A stretch of 64,000 nt of DNA, taken from Flavobacterium sp. GTDB taxonomy: Bacteria > Bacteroidota > Bacteroidia > Flavobacteriales > Flavobacteriaceae. This document shows, piece after piece, positions 57,767 to 64,000 of this stretch (positions are counted from its first letter, which is position 1; each line of letters opens with the position of its first letter). The translations under genes and the position numbers were made by a program. The notes under the pieces were generated by a model, which saw only the letters and a program-made list of their open reading frames with translations, did not search any database and was not told the DNA's origin. Location of the stretch: positions 30,016 through 94,015 of the forward strand of contig JAEUTY010000046.1 in NCBI GenBank assembly GCA_016787805.1, given 5' to 3'.

Positions 57767-58090
57767 TTATTTCTTCTCGTTTGGCAACAATTTAAAATGC
57801 GAAACGACAAATTTGTTGTTTTTAACTTCACCAATAACTTCGGCTTTCCGTATGGCTGAACAAAATCCGTCGTGTGCGTGAGCATCGCCATGATCATCAA
57901 TTTTGGTGCCTTCTACAAAATAACTTTTTCCGTCAATGCGAACGGCCAAATCACAACCTGTTTTTTCAGTCATACCAAATTGGCATTGGCCACACGAAAC
58001 TTCCACAATTTGCGGTTTTGCCTCTTTTTTTTCTTGTGCGAAAAGAGTAGTGTTTGCTAATACAAATGCAATAAAAAATATTTTTTTCAT
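57767..58090 (-). CDS. Small secreted Cys/His-rich protein (DUF6370-like from memory)
   Basis: 107 aa with a signal peptide followed by VSCGQCQFGMTEKTGCDL...DDHGDAHAHDGFC. It abuts purT and crp with gaps of 3 nt or less. Confidence 0.5.
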   Translation of the reverse strand: MKKIFFIAFVLANTTLFAQEKKEAKPQIVEVSCGQCQFGMTEKTGCDLAVRIDGKSYFVEGTKIDDHGDAHAHDGFCSAIRKAEVIGEVKNNKFVVSHFKLLPNEKK

Positions 58091-58093
58091 GAC

Positions 58094-59260
58094 TTAGGAA
58101 TTTACTGTGACTAAGGTAGCGGTTTTTTTGGCTCGTTCAACAATTGCTTCAATTGGAGTTTCTAACGAATCATAACTTAATACAACTCCCATTCTACGAT
58201 AAGGTCGAGAAGTGGGTTTACCAAAGATTCTAAAATCAGTTTTGGATAAGGCTGCTACTTTTTCAATTCCGCTGAAAGTTGGGTTATTGGAGTTTTCTGA
58301 AGCTAAAATTACTGCGCTGGCACCTGCTTTTTCTAATGTAATTTCGGCAATAGGCAAACTTAAAATCGCACGTAAATGCAATTCAAATTCGTTGAAATTT
58401 TGGGTTCCAGCCAAGGTAACCATTCCTGTGTCGTGCGGGCGAGGTGACAATTCAGAAAAATAAACACCTTCATCTGTAAGGAAAAATTCTACGCCAAAAA
58501 GTCCAGCGCCACCGAGTGCTTCGGTTACTTTTCGCGCCATTTCTTGCGCTTCAGCTATATCTTTTTGTGAAACGTTTGCGGGTTGCCAACTTTCTTGGTA
58601 ATCGCCACGTTCTTGTCGGTGGCCAATTGGTGCGCAAAAAAGTGTCGGATGATTGTTTTGTGTAACGGTTAGCAGTGTAATTTCTGAATTGAATTGGACA
58701 AATGCTTCCACAATCACTTCTACCACATCGCCGCGTGAGCCTTCAACGGCATAATTCCAAGCTTTAGCAATGTCCTCTTCTGATTTTATGGTGGATTGTC
58801 CTTTTCCAGACGAACTCATCAATGGTTTTACCACACAAGGAATTCCGACTTCAGTCACTGCTTTTTGCAATTCTTCGGCTGACGTTGCGTAACGATAATT
58901 GGCCGTTTTTAAGCCTAACTCTTTTGCTGCCAAATCGCGAATCGCTTTTCGGTTCATGGTAAAATTGGCTGCTTTTGCTGACGGAACCACTGTAATGCCT
59001 TGCTTTTCGTAATCGTAAAAACGTTCGGTGCGAATGGCTTCAATTTCGGGAACAATAAAATCAGGTTGGTGTTTGGCTACGATGCGATCAAGTTCACCGC
59101 CGTCGAGCATATTGATGACTTCAAAAGCATGCGCGACTTGCATGGCCGGTGCATTTTCATAACTATCTACAGCGATAACCGTTTGCCCAATGCGTTGAGC
59201 GGCGATGACAAATTCTTTTCCGAGTTCGCCGGAGCCGAGTAAGAGTATTTTTTTATTCAT
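58094..59260 (-). CDS. purT: Formate-dependent phosphoribosylglycinamide formyltransferase
   Basis: 388 aa ATP-grasp protein with the N-terminus [12 protein letters not shown] and a typical PurT length. Confidence 0.9.
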   Translation of the reverse strand: MNKKILLLGSGELGKEFVIAAQRIGQTVIAVDSYENAPAMQVAHAFEVINMLDGGELDRIVAKHQPDFIVPEIEAIRTERFYDYEKQGITVVPSAKAANFTMNRKAIRDLAAKELGLKTANYRYATSAEELQKAVTEVGIPCVVKPLMSSSGKGQSTIKSEEDIAKAWNYAVEGSRGDVVEVIVEAFVQFNSEITLLTVTQNNHPTLFCAPIGHRQERGDYQESWQPANVSQKDIAEAQEMARKVTEALGGAGLFGVEFFLTDEGVYFSELSPRPHDTGMVTLAGTQNFNEFELHLRAILSLPIAEITLEKAGASAVILASENSNNPTFSGIEKVAALSKTDFRIFGKPTSRPYRRMGVVLSYDSLETPIEAIVERAKKTATLVTVNS

Positions 59261-59478
59261 GTTGAGTGGTTCTAGAAAGTTTGTTGTTTGTTATTATTTT
59301 GATTCTGCATTCACGATTACAATTCGAAGTTTGAATAATCAACCACAAATGTTGAATAATGAATTATTTTTTGCGTGAGGGATTGAGGCTTTGTTTGAGC
59401 TCTTTTTTATGGAACGATAGTGGAATAAAAAAAGCGAGTGCCGAAAGCCCGACCCTTGTGGTCACGCCCAAAAATAAT

Positions 59479-59502
59479 AAAAAAGCCTCAAATGAATGAG
59501 GC
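59479..59502 (-). terminator. Rho-independent terminator after the aminotransferase gene
   Basis: The minus strand has GCCTCA-TTCATT-TGAGGC followed by T6. Confidence 0.7.
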
Positions 59503-59509
59503 GTATTTT

Positions 59510-60694
59510 TTAAGCTAAAACTTCTTTGATGCGACGTAAAGCTTCGGTGAGCAATTCTTCGCTGGTAGCATACGAAAGTCGGATACAATTTGGGTTTCCG
59601 AAAGCGTCGCCTGTAACCGTTGCCACATTGGCTTCGGAAAGCAAATACATCGAAAAATCGTCGGCGTTATTGATGCTTTTTCCGCGTAAAGTTTTGCCGA
59701 AATAGGACGAAACATCAGGAAAAACGTAGAAAGCACCTTCGGGAACGTTGAGTTTTAGACCTGGAATATTGTTGATTAAGCCCACCACTAAATTTCTTCT
59801 ACTTTTGAACGCAGCGACCATTTCGTTGAGTACGCTAGGATCAGCGTCGACAGCAGTAATTGTGGCTCTTTGCGCAATACTATTGGCTCCCGAAGTTACT
59901 TGACCTTGCATTTTGGTGCAGGCTTTGGCGATGAATTCGGGTGCACCGATGTAACCAATGCGCCATCCCGTCATAGCAAAGGCTTTGGCCACGCCGTTTA
60001 CAGTTATGGTGCGTTCGAACATACCTGGAATTGAAGCAATGCTGCAAAAAGTGCCCGAGAAATTGATGTGTTCGTAGATTTCGTCGGAAACCACGTAAAT
60101 ATTTGGGTGTTGTTCTAAAACTTTGGATAAAGCGGTTAATTCATCACGGTTGTACACTGAACCACTTGGGTTGCAAGGTGAACTGTACCAAATCATTTTG
60201 GTTTTGGGTGTGATGGCTTTTTCGAGTTGTTCGGGTGTGATTTTGAAATCGCTTTCGACAGAAGTGGGTACTTCCACTGGAATTCCGCCTGCCATTTTGA
60301 TGATTTCGAAATACGAAACCCAATAAGGAGCAGGTAGAATTACTTCGTCGCCATCGTTAATCATACACATCGCCACGTTGTAAAGCGATTGTTTGGCTCC
60401 AGTTGAGACTACAATATTCGCGGGTTTGTATTCTAAATGATTGTCGCGTTTGAATTTGCGGCAGATGGCTTCTTTCAATTCCACATAACCGTCAACTGGC
60501 GTGTAAGTACTGTAATTTTCATCGATGGCTTTTTTGGCGGCTTCTTTAATAAAATCAGGCGTGTTGAAATCGGGTTCGCCCAAGCTCAAACTGATGATGT
60601 CTTTTCCTTGTGCTTTTAGTTCGCGCGCTAAAGCTGCCATAGCCAAGGTTTGTGAGGTAGATAAATTGTTAATTCTGTCCGATAATGGGCTCAT
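59510..60694 (-). CDS. Pyridoxal-phosphate-dependent aminotransferase (aspartate aminotransferase class I)
   Basis: 394 aa with the PLP-lysine context NGVAKAFAMTGWRIGY. Confidence 0.9.
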   Translation of the reverse strand: MSPLSDRINNLSTSQTLAMAALARELKAQGKDIISLSLGEPDFNTPDFIKEAAKKAIDENYSTYTPVDGYVELKEAICRKFKRDNHLEYKPANIVVSTGAKQSLYNVAMCMINDGDEVILPAPYWVSYFEIIKMAGGIPVEVPTSVESDFKITPEQLEKAITPKTKMIWYSSPCNPSGSVYNRDELTALSKVLEQHPNIYVVSDEIYEHINFSGTFCSIASIPGMFERTITVNGVAKAFAMTGWRIGYIGAPEFIAKACTKMQGQVTSGANSIAQRATITAVDADPSVLNEMVAAFKSRRNLVVGLINNIPGLKLNVPEGAFYVFPDVSSYFGKTLRGKSINNADDFSMYLLSEANVATVTGDAFGNPNCIRLSYATSEELLTEALRRIKEVLA

Positions 60695-60721
60695 AAAACG
60701 TTTATTTTGTGTTGTTTATTA

Positions 60722-60751
60722 CAAAAAAGAGACGCACAGTTGTGCGTCTTT
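60722..60751 (-). terminator. Rho-independent terminator after the desaturase gene
   Basis: AGACGCAC-loop-GTGCGTCT (60730-60749), followed by a T-run on the minus strand. Confidence 0.7.
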
Positions 60752-60758
60752 ACTTAGG

Positions 60759-61856
60759 TTATGCTAGTTGCGGTTTTTTTCCTAGGTCGCGCAAATGCGT
60801 AAAATGGGAGATAATCGCTTCTCTTGTAGTTTTGAATTCGTAATACGGTAAGTTACATTCTTTGGCCGTTTGTTTTACAAATTCGGCAATCTTATTATAG
60901 TGAATGTGACTAATATTTGGAAAAAGATGGTGTTCTACTTGGTGGTTTAATCCGCCAGTATAGTAGTTGACTAACCAGTTTTTAGGCGCAAAATTAGCAG
61001 TAGTGTACAATTGGTGAATTGCCCAAGTGTTTTCAATTTCGCCTTCATCGTTAGGTACCGGATTTTCAGTCTCGTGAACTACATGAGCCAATTGGAAAAC
61101 CACACTCAATATTAAACCAGCGGTATAATGCATAACTACAAAACCTAACAAAACTTGCCACCAAGAAACATGTCCAATTAGAATTGGAATAACAATCCAC
61201 ATCGAGAAGTAAATGGCTTTAGTAATTACTAAAGTGGTCCAACGAATAGAAGGTTTTTTGAATTCACCGTAAGATAAATTGCGTTTTAAGTAACGTCTCA
61301 TCTGTTGGAAATCTGTTGTAATGGCCCAATTGAAGGTTAATAATCCGTAAAGAAAAACAGAATAATAATGTTGAAATTTATGGTGTTTGTACCATTTGGC
61401 TTCTTTAGTAAAACGCAAAATGCGACCAGCCTCTAGATCTTCATCATGGCCAAGAATATTGGTGTACGTATGGTGTAATACATTGTGTTGTACTTGCCAA
61501 TTGTACACATTTCCGGCCAAAATATAGATGCTCCCTCCCATAATTTTGTTGATCCACGATTTGTTGGAATACGCTCCGTGATTGCCATCGTGCATGACGT
61601 TCATTCCAACGCCAGCCATCCCAACTCCAATTACTACATTGAGTAGTAAATAAGCCCAAAAAGGCATTTGCATGGCCAAAAGAAAGAAGTATGGAGTTAA
61701 AAAAATGGTAAACATCACCACTGTTTTTAAGTGTAATTTCCAGTTTCCAGTTTTGTCAATATTATTTTCTTTGAAGTAATCGTTAACACGTTTGTTTAAA
61801 GTTCTAAAAAATTTAAGGTTGTCGTTTTTAGAAAAGATAGGTGTTGTGGTATTCAT
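60759..61856 (-). CDS. Membrane fatty acid desaturase
   Basis: 365 aa with three His boxes: HDGNH, HNVLHH and HQVEHH. Confidence 0.85.
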   Translation of the reverse strand: MNTTTPIFSKNDNLKFFRTLNKRVNDYFKENNIDKTGNWKLHLKTVVMFTIFLTPYFFLLAMQMPFWAYLLLNVVIGVGMAGVGMNVMHDGNHGAYSNKSWINKIMGGSIYILAGNVYNWQVQHNVLHHTYTNILGHDEDLEAGRILRFTKEAKWYKHHKFQHYYSVFLYGLLTFNWAITTDFQQMRRYLKRNLSYGEFKKPSIRWTTLVITKAIYFSMWIVIPILIGHVSWWQVLLGFVVMHYTAGLILSVVFQLAHVVHETENPVPNDEGEIENTWAIHQLYTTANFAPKNWLVNYYTGGLNHQVEHHLFPNISHIHYNKIAEFVKQTAKECNLPYYEFKTTREAIISHFTHLRDLGKKPQLA

Positions 61857-61942
61857 TATTTTTTAATCTAAAGTTTGCCCAAAGGTAATTATTCTAATTT
61901 TTTTTGAACTGATATTCGTCATTTTTTATTCACTAAAAATAC

Positions 61943-61950
61943 TATTTTTG
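61943..61950 (+). promoter_or_regulatory. -7 promoter box (TATTTTTG) for rsmG
   Basis: TAnnTTTG match 15 nt upstream of the ATG at 61966. The track's TTG start at 61948 lies inside the box. Confidence 0.4.
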
Positions 61951-61965
61951 TTGAAAAATCAATTT

Positions 61966-62583
61966 ATGGATGAAATTTTAAAACAATTTCCTAAACTAAC
62001 TGAAAATCAGCGTATACAATTGGAGAAATTGCAATTTTTGTACGAAGATTGGAATGCTAAAATCAATGTAATTTCTCGTAAAGATATTGATGAATTGTAC
62101 ACGCGACATGTATTGCATTCGTTGGGAATTGCCAAAATTCTGGAGTTCAAGCCAAGTTCCAAAATCATGGATGTAGGAACGGGTGGTGGGTTTCCAGGAA
62201 TTCCGTTGGCCATTTTGTTTCCTGAAGTTGAATTTTATTTGATTGATGTGATTGCTAAAAAGATAAAAGTAGTCAATGAAGTAGCTTTAGCATTGGGGTT
62301 AAAAAACGTAAAAGCCGAACAAATGCGTGCTGAAAATGTCCAATCGGATTTCGATTTTATTGTGAGTCGCGCCGTTACCAATATGCCTGATTTTGTCGCT
62401 TGGGTGAAAGGCAAAACCAAAAAAACTTCGAATCACGAGTTAAAAAACGGCATTCTTTACCTCAAAGGAGGCGATTTGACCGATGAATTGAAAAATTTCC
62501 CCAAAGCCAGACAATACAACTTGTCCGATTATTTTTCAGACGAATTTTTTGAAACAAAAAAAGTGGTGTATTTACCACTTTAA
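61966..62583 (+). CDS. rsmG: 16S rRNA (guanine527-N7)-methyltransferase
   Basis: SAM motif DVGTGGGFPGIPLAI. About 205 aa from MDEILKQF. Confidence 0.88.
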   Translation: MDEILKQFPKLTENQRIQLEKLQFLYEDWNAKINVISRKDIDELYTRHVLHSLGIAKILEFKPSSKIMDVGTGGGFPGIPLAILFPEVEFYLIDVIAKKIKVVNEVALALGLKNVKAEQMRAENVQSDFDFIVSRAVTNMPDFVAWVKGKTKKTSNHELKNGILYLKGGDLTDELKNFPKARQYNLSDYFSDEFFETKKVVYLPL

Positions 62584-62585
62584 TT

Positions 62586-62987
62586 TTATTCAATTACTTT
62601 TTCATATTTGTTTAAACACTGCTCAACACAAGGATAAGACAAAATCAAATTACCCTCTTGCAAACTGTAAACTATTGAAAATCCGTCGCCATAACACGAG
62701 GGAACTATTTTATCTTCATCCGCATAATAATTCGCTGTAACTATTTGCGTTCCTGGACAGAATGTTTGATTTGTCAATGTTACAGTACCATCAGAGTTCA
62801 TTGTTAAATACGCATCGTAAGCCACATTTTCATATACACCACTACCATCGCCTGGATCGATTAATATTTGTTTCAACTTCCACTTTCCTAAAAATTCAGG
62901 AGATTCACTTAAGTTTTCCGTAGTTTCATCATTTTTTGAACATGAAAATAAAAAAACTACAAAAAGCAACATATAAATTGATTTCAT
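62586..62987 (-). CDS. Small lipoprotein, lipocalin-like
   Basis: 133 aa with a lipobox (VFLFSC) and FLGKWKLKQ, typical of lipocalin-like lipoproteins. Confidence 0.45.
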   Translation of the reverse strand: MKSIYMLLFVVFLFSCSKNDETTENLSESPEFLGKWKLKQILIDPGDGSGVYENVAYDAYLTMNSDGTVTLTNQTFCPGTQIVTANYYADEDKIVPSCYGDGFSIVYSLQEGNLILSYPCVEQCLNKYEKVIE

Positions 62988-62991
62988 ACTA

Positions 62992-64000
62992 TTAGACTTT
63001 AATTACTTTTTTCGTTGTACTTCCATTTTCTGTTGCAATGGTAATTAAATAAATACCTTTGATTAAAGAAACAGGAATTTCTAAAGTTCCGTTGATGTTT
63101 TGGCCTTTTGCGCTGAATATTGTTTTTCCTAAAACATCTGTAATAGAAATAGTAGCATTTTCAATGGTGTAAGATGAATTTATTTCTAACGTATTGGCTA
63201 TTGGGTTTTTAATCCAAACACTATTTAACACTGTGTTTTCTTGTGAATTTAAAACTGGATTCAATATTTCATTCAACATAAAAGCCAAGTTTTCAGAATT
63301 AACTGTCACGTGATTTTCGTTTACTGTCGGAATAGAAGAAGCCACAAACGGAGTCGTTTCAGTTGAAATTGGAGCATATAAGTTAGTAGTACTCGATATC
63401 GCCATCGAACTCCATGCCGGGATGAAACAGAAATAATCCGCATTTAAATTGTTAAAAAACTCAGTGAGCAAAGGATCTGTTCCTAAACCAGCTTGTAAGC
63501 TGCTTATATCAAAACGTCCTCCAGGAGCTGTATCTAAACCATCTGTATAGGTTGGTGATTTTGAATTGGCTAAACTTTCATAAATTGTAAACCAAGCAGC
63601 AATAATAAAGGTTTGGCCTCTAAAACGACTCACTTGATTGGTTTGATTGGCGGCTGGAGTATATCTTAAATTAATAATTGCTCTTTGTGAAGTGGTCACA
63701 TTAAAAGTATGATTCATCACCTCAAAATCAGGCGTATAGTTGGAAGTTCCGTTGCCAGCACCATTTGAAATAGATACATTTCTTACAGCCGTTGGAAATC
63801 CCATGGTGTTCAATTCGTTTTGAAAAGCATCTCTATAATTAGGAGCACCTGTTGGCACTAAGGAAGCCGAAATCGTATTAAATTCAAAAGCACTTCCCGA
63901 TTGCAAATGACCTTCGAAATGATCAATTAACATTTGACGTGCAGCTGGACTTTTTATTAATCCGTCGACAATAGGTTGTACTTGCGCATTTCCTAAAGGA
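62992..64000 (-). CDS. T9SS cargo protein (type-A C-terminal sorting domain), N-terminus beyond the right edge
   Basis: The frame stays open upstream of the track's Met to position 64000 (..PLGNAQVQPIVDGLIKSPAARQMLIDH..). The C-terminal ~80 aa (NSVWIKNPIANTLEI...KKVIKV) is a Por secretion tail. Confidence 0.6.
   Translation of the reverse strand, partial: PLGNAQVQPIVDGLIKSPAARQMLIDHFEGHLQSGSAFEFNTISASLVPTGAPNYRDAFQNELNTMGFPTAVRNVSISNGAGNGTSNYTPDFEVMNHTFNVTTSQRAIINLRYTPAANQTNQVSRFRGQTFIIAAWFTIYESLANSKSPTYTDGLDTAPGGRFDISSLQAGLGTDPLLTEFFNNLNADYFCFIPAWSSMAISSTTNLYAPISTETTPFVASSIPTVNENHVTVNSENLAFMLNEILNPVLNSQENTVLNSVWIKNPIANTLEINSSYTIENATISITDVLGKTIFSAKGQNINGTLEIPVSLIKGIYLITIATENGSTTKKVIKV

Noticed and set aside
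59373-59469. ZTP (pfl) riboswitch upstream of purT
   Set aside because: Only the GGGCGTGAC-like start resembles the motif. I could not find the conserved pseudoknot and 3' sub-domain (CCGCCTGGGC-like). The element resembles the dispersed REP-like blocks instead. An Rfam scan would settle this.
59364-59588. 74-aa minus-strand ORF spanning the purT upstream region
   Set aside because: It runs through a terminator hairpin and the GC-rich inverted-repeat element, overlaps the aminotransferase 3' end, and has no recognisable features.

Overview
The window reads as chromosomal DNA from an AT-rich Bacteroidota genome, most likely Flavobacterium or a close relative. The evidence is the gldB-gldC gliding pair, two proteins with T9SS C-terminal sorting domains, TAnnTTTG-type -7 promoter boxes in front of many genes, and no Shine-Dalgarno signals. 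All calls come from reading the ORF translations and the DNA by eye, with no searches run. Content from left to right: (1) a complete dcw cell-wall/division cluster on the minus strand (mraZ-rsmH-ftsL-ftsI-murE-mraY-murD-ftsW-murG-murC'). (2) Housekeeping genes: a hydrolase, engB, gldCB, nadE, an orphan LuxR-type response regulator, and dnaG. (3) An ECF sigma / anti-sigma / beta-barrel triad. (4) A polyprenyl synthase, rlmN, a carbamoyltransferase and an O-methyltransferase. (5) A TolC-adaptor-RND efflux operon with two small extra genes, followed by a Kelch-like T9SS protein and two small Cys-containing secreted proteins. (6) PAP2, tatA, an M1 peptidase and three linked exported proteins. (7) pepE, then tRNA-Gly(UCC) followed by a tandem array of tRNA-derived mini-elements. 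(8) A GNAT, two convergent L,D-transpeptidase genes, a CBM9-like outer-membrane protein, gpmI and a DUF523 protein. (9) A tightly packed LRR-TerC-TetR-ABC-HlyD-TolC array. (10) A free-standing NUMOD4/HNH-like gene, pirin, purT-x-crp, an aminotransferase, a desaturase, rsmG and a truncated T9SS cargo gene. I saw no transposase, integrase, CRISPR array, rRNA or recognisable defence system. The best novelty candidates are these: (a) the ABC exporter, whose ATP-hydrolysis motifs are all substituted although it is the only ABC gene in its tripartite module. (b) The stepwise-reduced tRNA-Gly acceptor mini-helix/terminator repeats. (c) A 121-nt inverted-repeat element inserted inside the exporter operon. 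(d) A DnaG whose zinc-ribbon has lost all four metal ligands. (e) A family of low-complexity word-repeat spacers that share a CAATATCAAT core. Most of the window is ordinary core genome, and none of these candidates is proven.
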